This document shows, one piece after another, positions 1-9,594 of a DNA stretch of 64,000 nt (the first letter of the stretch is position 1; each line of letters starts with the position of its first letter). Origin of the DNA: Nostoc sp. DedSLP01 (GTDB lineage: Bacteria > Cyanobacteriota > Cyanobacteriia > Cyanobacteriales > Nostocaceae). Under the pieces are notes generated by a model. The model was not told the origin of the DNA and did not search any database. It saw nothing but the letters and a program-made list of their open reading frames with translations. Location: contig JAVRCJ020000007.1 of the NCBI GenBank assembly GCA_034530875.2, positions 32,001 to 96,000 of the forward strand, written 5' to 3'. The position numbers and the translations under genes are program-made.

Positions 1-359
1 TTGAGGTATATAGCGGTCTAGATATTAGATATTTATCTCATCAGGAAATAACTGATATCAAGAATTTGCTACGCCAGTTTGAGGCTGATATGAAACGAAG
101 ATATAGCTTTGATTTTACGCTAAAACTCAAAGAAGAGTCTGGACGTGAGCAAGAGATGCCTCATGCTAGATACTTGATTACAGATCAGATAGGAGTCTTG
201 ATCGAACGTGGATTTGATCTACTGTGGACTGATCAACAGATGAGAGACAATGGGCTTAATCCCAGTAACGATAATCGTCCTATTCGGGATGTAACCATTT
301 CTAGGATTTCAGAACCTAATAAAATCGAGACAGCAGTACGGAGATTGCCAGATTTGTAA
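1..359 (+). CDS. 3' end of a hypothetical protein running in from outside the window
   Basis: The frame is open from base 3 (EVYSGLDIRYLSHQEITDIKNLLRQF...). PHARYLITDQIGVLIERGFD loosely resembles an H-x-R PLD-like motif. Confidence 0.6.
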   Translation, partial: EVYSGLDIRYLSHQEITDIKNLLRQFEADMKRRYSFDFTLKLKEESGREQEMPHARYLITDQIGVLIERGFDLLWTDQQMRDNGLNPSNDNRPIRDVTISRISEPNKIETAVRRLPDL

Positions 360-397
360 TAGTTAGGATATCAATGTCATTGATAAATATCTAGGTA

Positions 398-1000
398 CTA
401 TGAGCCTAAATTGTTAATTAATTCTTCTATTGCTAAATTCTTTGTATCTTCAGGTAGATAATCAAAGACTTTTTTCAAAAGTTCTGAGGACGCATTTTGA
501 GCAAACCAGTCCTCACTAGGATTTTCTTGAATATTCAAAAAATACTTTAACCGTTCTTCTACAGCATCTTTATCTGCTTTATCTAATTGTCCAATTCTAT
601 CTAACCAATTGGCTGATGAATCTTTGAAGCAATTAGCATCAACAGTACAGATTTGATGAACTAAAGCGTAGGAATTTTTATCAAGACCATTTCTACTTGT
701 AGAGTTAATTGGATATGTGGTTGGTAAACCGTTAAATGTTGTTTGTGAAGTCAGAGGGATCGCGGAAAAGGTTGCTATATATCCAGATTTATCTTGAAAT
801 TCATCACCTGTCCAAATGATATAAGGATGTAGTCCTCTGAAAACCCTGCTTGAATTAATATTCTCAGTGCAAGTTTGACACTCTACTTCACCTGGCTCAT
901 CTAAATTATAAATATGGACATGACCCAGTTTGCAACGAAGAGATACCCTATAGGGATTTATGGAATAGATCCAACCTTGTCTAGGTCTTTGTCCAGCCAC
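398..1000 (-). CDS. PemK/MazF-like toxin with an inserted Cys/His (possible zinc-ribbon) segment
   Basis: RPRQGWIY N-terminus, HPYII, AIPLTS and NGLDKNSYALVHQICTVD...RIGQL follow the MazF fold pattern. The insert reads CKLGH...CQTC. It lies directly downstream of the antitoxin-like gene. Confidence 0.7.
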   Translation of the reverse strand: MAGQRPRQGWIYSINPYRVSLRCKLGHVHIYNLDEPGEVECQTCTENINSSRVFRGLHPYIIWTGDEFQDKSGYIATFSAIPLTSQTTFNGLPTTYPINSTSRNGLDKNSYALVHQICTVDANCFKDSSANWLDRIGQLDKADKDAVEERLKYFLNIQENPSEDWFAQNASSELLKKVFDYLPEDTKNLAIEELINNLGS

Positions 1001-1001
1001 T

Positions 1002-1481
1002 TTACAATCCTAATTCACTGACTAATTTTTCTCTTTCTGCTTGTAAGTTAAGTCTAGCTTTATCTTCTGGTCGATGGGTATTTTTTGCTTCCACCATTGG
1101 AGCAGTGCTATATACATAATCTAGTAACTCATTCAGTTTATCTGAGCCAGCCCACTCTCTGCGAATATTATCTAGCACAAACTTAATACTGAGAGGTATT
1201 TCCAAATCATCTGCCTGAGCAGCTTGATTCAAAGGTCTAATATATGTTGCATTATACTGAGATTCTTGAATAATCTCTTTTCCATTCATTTGATTTAAAG
1301 CAACATCTATACCCTCATTCCAAGGGCCAAATTGATAATAACACCAATCTAGATCGGTCAGCTGCTTTCCCGTCCATTTAACAGAGTAAAGATCCGCTAA
1401 ATACAAAAATTTGATTAACTGTGTTTTTGTAATATACCCTTTTGTCGCGTAGACAAAATATTTTATGAGTTTATCCAACAT
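1002..1481 (-). CDS. Panacea (DUF4065/SocA-like) antitoxin
   Basis: TKTQLIKFLYLAD...W.YYQFGPW pattern; 1 bp from the toxin start. ATG at 1481 is preferred over the ORF-track start at 1502. Confidence 0.72.
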   Translation of the reverse strand: MLDKLIKYFVYATKGYITKTQLIKFLYLADLYSVKWTGKQLTDLDWCYYQFGPWNEGIDVALNQMNGKEIIQESQYNATYIRPLNQAAQADDLEIPLSIKFVLDNIRREWAGSDKLNELLDYVYSTAPMVEAKNTHRPEDKARLNLQAEREKLVSELGL

Positions 1482-1741
1482 AACCCTTCTCTCTGCTGAC
1501 AATCATAAAATACTTGTATGAACTAACACATATAGATAGATACAGGTATTTAAAAGTATTTTTATTCAAAGCTTTATAGAGAGTTTTAATAAGTTTAGAT
1601 CGCTTAATTATAGTTGTTTTTATCCAACTCCTGACACTTTTTTTGCTTACAGCTAGCTAAAACTAGTTTATATGTACTAGTATATAGTATGGAATTGATG
1701 TGAATACATAATTTTTGACTAAAATTTAATGTGTTGTTATC

Positions 1742-1909
1742 TCATGGGGGTGTCCCGTTTGGCTGAATAACCTTTTGCCACTTTACCATTTCCGTGAACG
1801 GCAGAAAGCGCCTTTAACACCAATCATCCACCCACAACACCGGAATTTTGAATCTAGCACCACAGTTTGGACATTCTGACGACAGTAAGCTTAATTTGTT
1901 GCGATCGCA
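1742..1909 (-). pseudogene. tniQ: Degenerate 3' fragment of a second tniQ
   Basis: Hand translation CDRNKLSLLSSECPNCGARFKIPVLWVDDWC*RRFLPFTEMVKWQK aligns with CASHKLSLLSECPNCGARFKIPALWVDGWCQRCFMTFAEMANSQK of the intact TniQ. Internal stop at 1814-1816; similarity begins at a HIP1 site (1901-1908). Confidence 0.9.
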
Positions 1910-2069
1910 TTTTATAAGAGTTATCAAATACTTTTTTCCCAGTTTGGTGTGGTTTTATCGTAGAAACCACCAGCGTTCAGCTCATACATTACCGTAAGCT
2001 GCTTGTTTAAACAGAGATAAGGAAGACGAATTCATGGAGCGATCGCACCAAAAGTTTGAGTGAGAGAGG

Positions 2070-3221
2070 CTATTGTTGCTGTAGACTTTCTATTTGCTGC
2101 TTTAAAAAATCGACACGTCTACTATCACCTAACAAAGTGTATCCATCCTTAGCTTGTGAATACCAACTTATAACCTGCTTATTATCGTCTATTGCAGCAT
2201 AAACATCCCCTAAAGCGAATTGGGCTAATATTTTCTCTTCTAAATCTTCATCACTTTTGGCAAGTTTGATTGCTGCCAAATAGTTGTCTATTGCTTTTTG
2301 AGCTAATCCAGTTTGCCAGTAAATATCTCCCAAGGAGCGATAAATGATTGTTGATCGCTTACCTGTTTTTACTAAAGTTTCTAAGGTTGCGATCGCTTCT
2401 GCACTCAAGTTATAGCTTTTGAAAGTATCAGCAGTTAAACCATAGGCTGGAATTGCATCTTGCGGTAAAGTGTAGCGGCTATAAACATTTGCCAGCATTA
2501 GAGCAGTTACTTGTTCATTTAATCCTAATTTAGTTATTTTAGTTACTTCAGATTGGATAGCTGCTGCCTCAGATTTACGTAGCACTCTAAAATCGAGGTT
2601 AGAAGTGCCTTCGTCCTGAGATGTTTTGCCAGTATTGGCTTTAATAACTAATGAATAGTTTGTTCCTGATTGTAATCGAGGTAAGCCAGGATAAACTACA
2701 GAATTGTTTTTGACTTGCTTTTGCCACACTACTCCTGTGGGACTCTGCAAAGTTACCGTATATTGCGTAGCTTTAGGTATAGCATTCCAACGGAAAGTAG
2801 GAGTGCTGCTTAAAAGTAGTGTATGGCGAGGAGTAATTAAATAGGGAATCAGTGGATTAGTGCCGCCTAGAGTCCCAGCAGGTGGAGGTGCTTTAGAGAT
2901 GATTGCTTGCCAAACAGGACAGATTGTTTTTAAACCTGATGGCACACCTATGGGAACAAATGGTTTGGAGAGATTAGGACAAACGACTCTCACCCTGACA
3001 CCTTTATCAGGTTTAATCTGATCTCCTTGATTTAATTCTGTTCCTATGGAAACAGGACGAAAATTTGACCAATCAGGGCGCTTGAGGAATACTTTACCTG
3101 TTGAGGAGTCAATTCTCGCTGAGTAGATGGTTGGTTGAACTTGGGCAATTGTAGTTTTTGCCATCCCCAACACTACTGCCCCTAATACCAATATTTTGCC
3201 AGTTAGATTCAATCCAATCAT
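2070..3221 (-). CDS. Exported protein: signal peptide, FecR-like N-terminal part, Ig/DUF928-like middle, C-terminal TPR
   Basis: ATG at 3221 overlaps the upstream stop (ATGA). Hydrophobic leader ending IAQ; GKVFLKR...GTELNQGDQI; YLITPRHT...PTFRWN; C-terminal TPR helices. Confidence 0.7.
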   Translation of the reverse strand: MIGLNLTGKILVLGAVVLGMAKTTIAQVQPTIYSARIDSSTGKVFLKRPDWSNFRPVSIGTELNQGDQIKPDKGVRVRVVCPNLSKPFVPIGVPSGLKTICPVWQAIISKAPPPAGTLGGTNPLIPYLITPRHTLLLSSTPTFRWNAIPKATQYTVTLQSPTGVVWQKQVKNNSVVYPGLPRLQSGTNYSLVIKANTGKTSQDEGTSNLDFRVLRKSEAAAIQSEVTKITKLGLNEQVTALMLANVYSRYTLPQDAIPAYGLTADTFKSYNLSAEAIATLETLVKTGKRSTIIYRSLGDIYWQTGLAQKAIDNYLAAIKLAKSDEDLEEKILAQFALGDVYAAIDDNKQVISWYSQAKDGYTLLGDSRRVDFLKQQIESLQQQ

Positions 3222-4525
3222 TTCCCATTTTCCTGTTCTGCTAAACGTTTTTGGGCAGTAATAACCCAACTATCTTCATCAGGACTAGAAGCAATATTGG
3301 CATATTGAATACAAGTTTCCCATTCTTTGAGAGCGCTTTTTTTATCTTTTTGCGCTTCCATTACCTGCGCTAATAGACAGTGGGGAGCAGCAATATTTTT
3401 TGTTAATTTGGCGGATTGTTGTAAGTCAATTGCTTCTAGTAATTTTGCTTCTGCATCAGGATAATGGCTTTGCATGAGTCTTGCCCAACCGAGATTTTTC
3501 AATAAAGCGTGTTTAGTCTCTGCGCTAGGCTTTAACTTCTGTTCATCAGCCAATGTTTTTAACAACAGATTAGCCGCAGCCGGATAGTTTTTATTAAGGA
3601 TGTAAAGACGAGAAAGATTATTGATGGCATCGGGAATATTATCTTGTGCCGCAATTTGGTATTCGGTACGTGCAAGATCGAGTTTTTGGAATTCTTCGTA
3701 GAGTAAACCTAACCGAAAGTGGGCTAGGGTATCATCAGGGTTGAGTTTAATTGCTCGTTGATAATTCTCTTCAGCACTTCCCCAGTCACCTTCGTTGTAG
3801 TTGTTGAAGCCCCATTTATTGTACTGGGTGGCAATTTGGGGCAGAGATAACCGCAAGCCTAATAATCCAATTACTAATAAGAATGAAAAACCTGCACTAA
3901 TCTCATGCCAGAATTGCTCTGGTATTTTCAACCTTTTAAGAGTGTGTTTGTAGGCTTCTTGTCCTGCTAGAGTCAGTGCGCCACCAGCAGTTAGCAAGGT
4001 CAAAATGCTTTGTGTACTGACTGCCAGTGCGCCTAGTGTATCAGGCCCACCTGTAAGGAAACGAGATGAAATGTCTCCGACTAAACCAAGAGAAATAGTT
4101 AGCGAAGATATAGAAACGGCACTCCAAAACCAATCAAACTGATCCCAAAATTGATGAGGCTTTCTTTCAGGTGGTAATGACCACCACCACGCTTCTTTGG
4201 GAGGATTGAAGCTGGTTTGCCAATCAACAGTTTTGCAGATGGTGCCGATCGCCTGTGCATTATCTTTAAGTATTTTATCTAATTGGGCGATCGCTGCTAA
4301 ACTCTCTCCAGATGTCTGCGTTGTATCTGCCAGTGCTGCCTGTACTTCGTCTCGCGCTGCGAATACTTCTAAAACCTGCGTAGATGTAAGTTCTGCCTGG
4401 TTTGTTGGTTTAGCCGCATCCTCGACAAGATGCTTAGGATCTGTGGCTGCATCAATAGGAGTCTGAAGTTGTTCAATAGCTTTTTGATAACGTTTTATTG
4501 CCACTTGCAAGCGAGAATCAGTCAT
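3218..4525 (-). CDS. Membrane protein with about three TM helices and C-terminal TPRs
   Basis: Helical N-terminal domain with WWW, three hydrophobic segments, then TPR motifs (AEENYQRAIKLNPDDTLAHFRLG). Confidence 0.8.
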   Translation of the reverse strand: MTDSRLQVAIKRYQKAIEQLQTPIDAATDPKHLVEDAAKPTNQAELTSTQVLEVFAARDEVQAALADTTQTSGESLAAIAQLDKILKDNAQAIGTICKTVDWQTSFNPPKEAWWWSLPPERKPHQFWDQFDWFWSAVSISSLTISLGLVGDISSRFLTGGPDTLGALAVSTQSILTLLTAGGALTLAGQEAYKHTLKRLKIPEQFWHEISAGFSFLLVIGLLGLRLSLPQIATQYNKWGFNNYNEGDWGSAEENYQRAIKLNPDDTLAHFRLGLLYEEFQKLDLARTEYQIAAQDNIPDAINNLSRLYILNKNYPAAANLLLKTLADEQKLKPSAETKHALLKNLGWARLMQSHYPDAEAKLLEAIDLQQSAKLTKNIAAPHCLLAQVMEAQKDKKSALKEWETCIQYANIASSPDEDSWVITAQKRLAEQENGK

Positions 4526-4551
4526 AAGCAGATAAAAAGAAAGATTGTAAT

Positions 4552-7035
4552 TTATTTTGCTTCACCAATAAGCGTAAATCCTGCCCAATCTTTGGGGCTA
4601 GGATGATTTTCCCTAGTTTTGAGCATTGCTTCACGTAATGCTTGGGCTTTGTCGAGTTTGCCAGAAAGCCAGTTGCGGTAAAACTCTGTCATCAATTCAG
4701 CAGTAGGCGCATCGGGTACCGACCACAGGGAGACAATCACACTGGGTGTCCCAGCAGTAATTAAGGAACGGGATAGACCAATTACACCATCACCAGTGAT
4801 GCGACCGCGACCAGTATCACAAGCGCTCAAGACAATTAACTCTGCATTGAGTTTCAAGTCTAAAATTTCGTTAGCAGTCAGTAAGCCATCGTTAGGTTCG
4901 CCATTACCAGATGGTGCAAGAGCGATCGCTCCTGGTACACCTAATCCGATAAAGTCATCTAGTAACCCATGTGTTGCTAAATGAATAATTCGTGCTTTGG
5001 GTAAAAGTGGCAAGATAGCGGATTTTTTTGCTTTATTGCCTGTAATAGCTTTAGTTTCTAAAATCTGTGCGATCGCTTTTGCTTCCGCTTCAGCACCAGC
5101 TAATGGGAGCAATTGCTGTGCGGGTTCTCCAATTGAGGGCGAAACTTTAGGCATCGTAGGATTTCCTAGCACCAAGGCACTACCAGGAGATGCCTTACTT
5201 ATCCTTTGTCGCTGCTGTGCGGTCAAACTTAGGGTCTGAATTGAGGGTGCGCTCGCTACAGTATATTTTTCAATCAGAAACTTACCTTTAGCATCACGCA
5301 GTGCAGCAAAAGGAACTAGAAAAAGAGAGCCTTGAGGAATAAAAATTATCTTACTTTCTTGATCTTGAGGTAGTAATTTATCTTTAGCAATCGGTTCAAT
5401 CAGAATTTGGTAGAGTTGCTGCAACTTTTCTTGCTGGGATGGTTCATCCACAGGGATTGTCTCAATTGATAGACTACGACCCCCTACTCCTATTGATTGA
5501 CGGGTACTAGCAATTAAATCTTCTAGTACAATCTTTGGAAACTGCCGCCTTAAGTCAACTTGACGCAAAAAAACTTCACCTGTTGGTTTCACTACCCAAA
5601 TATAGAGTTGCGATTCGCGCCATTGTTTTTTTCCTTCAATCTTGAATTCTTCATTTATTATTGAGTATTCAACAAGAATGGCATTTTGTTCTTCAGCAAT
5701 TTGTTTAAGCTGGTTGATGGTGGGTTTTAGTTGAATCTGCGTTTTTTGTTTTTCAGCTAATAACTCTGCAAATGCACGAGCGCGACCGCGTTCCGAAATT
5801 TCTAAGGCTGGATTGGTTTTGTTTTCAGCAATTAGAGCCTGTTGTAAAAAGATATATGTACCTCTTTCTGTATCAATAAGTGAGACTTTATCTATGTCTT
5901 TTAATCCTGGTCGTAGAGATTCATAAATTTCAATTGCAGCACGTAGTTTTTCTCTTGCTTCTGCATATTTACCGATTTTAAGGAAAATGTAACCCATATT
6001 TGTGAGAGTATTTCCTTCCCCAGCTTTGTCGCCAGCTTTTTTACGAATTGCTAGAGCTTGAGTATAAAACTCCAAGGCTTTAGGATATTGCTCCAAACCG
6101 TTATAAGCTAGTCCAATATTATTGAGAGCTATCCCTTCTCCAGCTTTATCACCAATTTGTTGAACAACTGCTAATGCTTGAGTATGGGACTCCAAGGCTT
6201 TAGGATATTGCTCCCAATCGTTGTAAACTAACCCAATATTACTGAGAGTTGCTGCTTCCCCTGCTTTATCAGAAATTTGTCTAACAACTGCTAGTGCTTG
6301 AGTATGAAACTGCAAAGCTTTGGGATATTGTCCCACAATGCGGTAAATTACTCCTATATTATCGAGAGTTGCTCCTTCCCCCGCTTTGTCAGGAATTTGT
6401 TTAGCAATCGCTAAAGCTTTATTATAGGAGTCCAATGCTTTGGAGTACTGTCCCAATTTGCGATAAGTTATTCCAATATTGCTGAGAGTAGCTCCTTCTC
6501 CAGGTTTATAACTAATTTGTTGAAAAACTGTTAAAGCTTGAGAATAGTTACTCAAGGCTTCCGAGAATTGTCCCAAGCTACTGTAAGCAAACCCGATATT
6601 GTTGAAACTAGCTCCTTGCCTTGGTTTATCATCAATTTGTTTAAAAATCGCTAAAGCTTGGGTATGGCTGTTCAGGGCTTTGGGGTATTCTCCCAATCCT
6701 TTGTACACTTCTCCAATATTGTTGAGAGTAGCCCCTTCACCTTGACGCTCTCCAATTTCTTTACAAATTAGCAAAGCTTGTTCAAGTGTCTCCAATGCTT
6801 CTTGAAACCGACCTTTTCTTAACCGATCAACACCTACCTGGTTTAGCCGCAACGCTTCTTTTTTTCGTTCGTTTCTGGTTTGCGCGATCGCAACTTCCCG
6901 ACTTTCAGTCACAACCAACACAGGCAAAGTTAGCATACTGAATAGCAGCCAGAGATTAGTAACTTGAAATACAAAAATATTCGCATTTTTAGAGAAGGGT
7001 AGACGGTTAGACATGGGTAAGTGACCTAATAGCAA
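4552..7035 (-). CDS. TPR-CHAT protease 1 (N-terminal hydrophobic leader, about 7 TPR units)
   Basis: 40-aa repeats GEGATLxNIG; CHAT motifs IHLATHG, LSACDTG and PKDWAGF. The true start may be ATG 7014. Confidence 0.92.
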   Translation of the reverse strand: MLLGHLPMSNRLPFSKNANIFVFQVTNLWLLFSMLTLPVLVVTESREVAIAQTRNERKKEALRLNQVGVDRLRKGRFQEALETLEQALLICKEIGERQGEGATLNNIGEVYKGLGEYPKALNSHTQALAIFKQIDDKPRQGASFNNIGFAYSSLGQFSEALSNYSQALTVFQQISYKPGEGATLSNIGITYRKLGQYSKALDSYNKALAIAKQIPDKAGEGATLDNIGVIYRIVGQYPKALQFHTQALAVVRQISDKAGEAATLSNIGLVYNDWEQYPKALESHTQALAVVQQIGDKAGEGIALNNIGLAYNGLEQYPKALEFYTQALAIRKKAGDKAGEGNTLTNMGYIFLKIGKYAEAREKLRAAIEIYESLRPGLKDIDKVSLIDTERGTYIFLQQALIAENKTNPALEISERGRARAFAELLAEKQKTQIQLKPTINQLKQIAEEQNAILVEYSIINEEFKIEGKKQWRESQLYIWVVKPTGEVFLRQVDLRRQFPKIVLEDLIASTRQSIGVGGRSLSIETIPVDEPSQQEKLQQLYQILIEPIAKDKLLPQDQESKIIFIPQGSLFLVPFAALRDAKGKFLIEKYTVASAPSIQTLSLTAQQRQRISKASPGSALVLGNPTMPKVSPSIGEPAQQLLPLAGAEAEAKAIAQILETKAITGNKAKKSAILPLLPKARIIHLATHGLLDDFIGLGVPGAIALAPSGNGEPNDGLLTANEILDLKLNAELIVLSACDTGRGRITGDGVIGLSRSLITAGTPSVIVSLWSVPDAPTAELMTEFYRNWLSGKLDKAQALREAMLKTRENHPSPKDWAGFTLIGEAK

Positions 7036-7049
7036 GAGTTCTTATATAG

Positions 7050-9338
7050 TTATGCAATTACCTCAAAGGTGATAGACAGTGCAGCCATTTGCCGTGTGTC
7101 TATCTGACGAATACCTGGAACAGAAACAGTCCCATTACGACGGCTACCCTCGTCTAAATCATCTAGCAAATTTGCGATCGCCTCTGCTGGCTCTTGATTC
7201 AATTCAACTGGTAATCCTCTTCTATCTTCGGGTTTCTCGGCTGCTAAAGTCTGTAGTAACTGAATGGCTTTTGTCAACGGTGTTGTACTGGCAATTACTA
7301 ATACTTCTGCTGTCCCCGGATCTTTGCCAATTTTGAATTTATACTTTTCTCCCCGATCGCGATCGGGTATTTGAACCTCCTGTTTGGCTGGAATTGATGC
7401 AACATCTTCATTACCTGGTAACGGCGAGAGGACTGTTAATTCCCCATCGACACTAATCAACAACACACCAATATAAAGTTCACGCGCTTCATTATTCGCT
7501 ACCAAAAATTGCACCTCGGTTCCTGGTTGCATTTTCTGAGCATTAGATGTCTGAGGTGCTGTCCCTCTCGTTCTGCTAGGGATTGTTACTGTTCCTCCCC
7601 GCACAGTGAATGATTCTGCCACAATCTGACTACCATCTACTTTTTGCATTGCTGCGGATACTGCAAGCTTTGATGAAGTGGTATTCAATGTCAGCTTGAC
7701 AATTCTGGCTGCTAGCAAAGATTTGAGTTTGGGTTGCAATCGTTTGACTGCATCGGTTATTTTTTCTTCTGGGACTCCAGTCGAACTAGGAATCAAATCT
7801 TGTGCTGGGGAAAATAAAGCAATGCTACCGACTTGGGGCAAGTTTTTCACCTTCAGCTTTTGCAATTGCTCATAATAAGATTTGGTGATTCGACCCAGGA
7901 TATATTGCACTTCTTGTTTTGACAACAACACTGGTTGAATGCGTTTGATAGATTGAAGTGCTTGCTTTGCTTGTTCTATCTCCTTTCTCAGCGATGGATC
8001 GAGTCCAATGTCGAGAGTGAGGTTAGTAGGAATTGCCCGCGATCGCTCTTGTAATAATGTACCAGTTCCGATTGCTCCTCTAGTTGTTGTCTGGATCAGT
8101 TTGCCTTGTGCTTTTAATTGTTGTCGTGACTCAATCTGTATTTGCCCTTGTTCTTGCCCTTGACTATCAACTACTGTAAAAGTTGCACCTCTACCAAAGG
8201 CTTTTAAACTCCGAGGATCTATCCCGCCTAAAAATAAATCAATTTGATTTCCTTGTACTTTGGTAACTACTGCTTCGGCTGGTGTGTTTTTTCGATTCGT
8301 AAAGTAAACTATTTGTTTATCGTTATTACTTCCCTGTTTGACGTTAAATTCTGGTTGTTGCACAATGCCGGATGTCGGAAAGTATTCTTGGAGGATTTTT
8401 TCGGTTGTGGCGATCGTACTTAGCATCACTCGATCGACTGACTCAGAACTTGTTTGTTGCCAAAGATAGCGGGTTAGTATATAAGTGAAGATGCCACACG
8501 GTGTATCAGCAAAACGTGTATCAATAGCTGACTGGTCTAGTTTTGCAGCAGCAAGCATGACTCCTTTCGGTACACCTTGTTGACGCAATTTCACAAAATC
8601 TGAATTGCTGAGATTCAACCGAGACATTAATTGTTTTTGATATTCCTGTTCTTCAGTACTTGCTAAAAGTTGGATTTTCGAGTTTGTAATCCGCAAAAGT
8701 TCTTGGTCGCCAGGACGCGATCGCACTGTCAAAATTCCTTTTCTTGCGCCACCTGAGTAACAGCTATCCAGCACAAAGGTGACATTTTCTGTATTGATGG
8801 CTTGCATTAATAACCACAGAGTATGCCCAGTAATATCATCTACTTTGCCTCCTTTATTGGGATATCCGGGTGGGAGGTAACTGTTGATGGGTACAATTGT
8901 GCTGACTCGTCCATCTTCAAAAATTTTATCTGGGTCGGCAACTTGAGAACCGTGCCCAGAGTAGTGAAATACAACGACATCTCCAGGTTGTGCCCACTTA
9001 ATTAGATGTTCTTCAAAGGCTTGTAAGATATTTTCACGGGTTGCCTCTTTGTCGTGTAGTATGCAGATGTTATCAGATTGAAAGCCAAAAAGATTAATTA
9101 AAAGTTCTTTCTGAATTTGAGTATCATTGACTGCCCCTTCCAGTGGATACCATTGAAAATCATTTACTTTTAGGTAATCATTAATCCCTACTAACAAAGC
9201 CCTTTTGCGTGGGGTATTTTGGGCTAAAACTTGAGCATAGCGAACAGCTTGTTGCTCAATTTCTAATTGGCTAATACCAAGAGTGGCTAAAACCGAACCA
9301 GCGAACTGCAAAAACTGACGACGCTTGATAAATGACAT
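7050..9338 (-). CDS. Caspase-like peptidase C14 (ortho/metacaspase) with Tat-like leader and DUF4384-like C-terminal domain
   Basis: RALLVGINDY, LEGAVND, HYSGHGS and LDSCYSG (His/Cys dyad intact). IKRRQFLQ leader; AGGAGG lies upstream of ATG 9338. Confidence 0.92.
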   Translation of the reverse strand: MSFIKRRQFLQFAGSVLATLGISQLEIEQQAVRYAQVLAQNTPRKRALLVGINDYLKVNDFQWYPLEGAVNDTQIQKELLINLFGFQSDNICILHDKEATRENILQAFEEHLIKWAQPGDVVVFHYSGHGSQVADPDKIFEDGRVSTIVPINSYLPPGYPNKGGKVDDITGHTLWLLMQAINTENVTFVLDSCYSGGARKGILTVRSRPGDQELLRITNSKIQLLASTEEQEYQKQLMSRLNLSNSDFVKLRQQGVPKGVMLAAAKLDQSAIDTRFADTPCGIFTYILTRYLWQQTSSESVDRVMLSTIATTEKILQEYFPTSGIVQQPEFNVKQGSNNDKQIVYFTNRKNTPAEAVVTKVQGNQIDLFLGGIDPRSLKAFGRGATFTVVDSQGQEQGQIQIESRQQLKAQGKLIQTTTRGAIGTGTLLQERSRAIPTNLTLDIGLDPSLRKEIEQAKQALQSIKRIQPVLLSKQEVQYILGRITKSYYEQLQKLKVKNLPQVGSIALFSPAQDLIPSSTGVPEEKITDAVKRLQPKLKSLLAARIVKLTLNTTSSKLAVSAAMQKVDGSQIVAESFTVRGGTVTIPSRTRGTAPQTSNAQKMQPGTEVQFLVANNEARELYIGVLLISVDGELTVLSPLPGNEDVASIPAKQEVQIPDRDRGEKYKFKIGKDPGTAEVLVIASTTPLTKAIQLLQTLAAEKPEDRRGLPVELNQEPAEAIANLLDDLDEGSRRNGTVSVPGIRQIDTRQMAALSITFEVIA

Positions 9339-9594
9339 AGCCTCCTGTTTTTTCCACATACCCTTCAGCAGATAAATTTTGATTTGCTGATGAGGATCAT
9401 CAGCTATATAAACGTATTAATGCAGAAATTCCAAGAAAATGGAGTATATTGCAATAATTTTTACTATTGAGGGTAAAACAAAGATTACAATCCATTGGCA
9501 GTATGTGTAGGCGAACAAAGCCGCCATTATATTGGCCAAAAAATTGATAAAACTACGCTGTCTAGAGTCTTCAATTTTGCACAGGTTTTAGATA

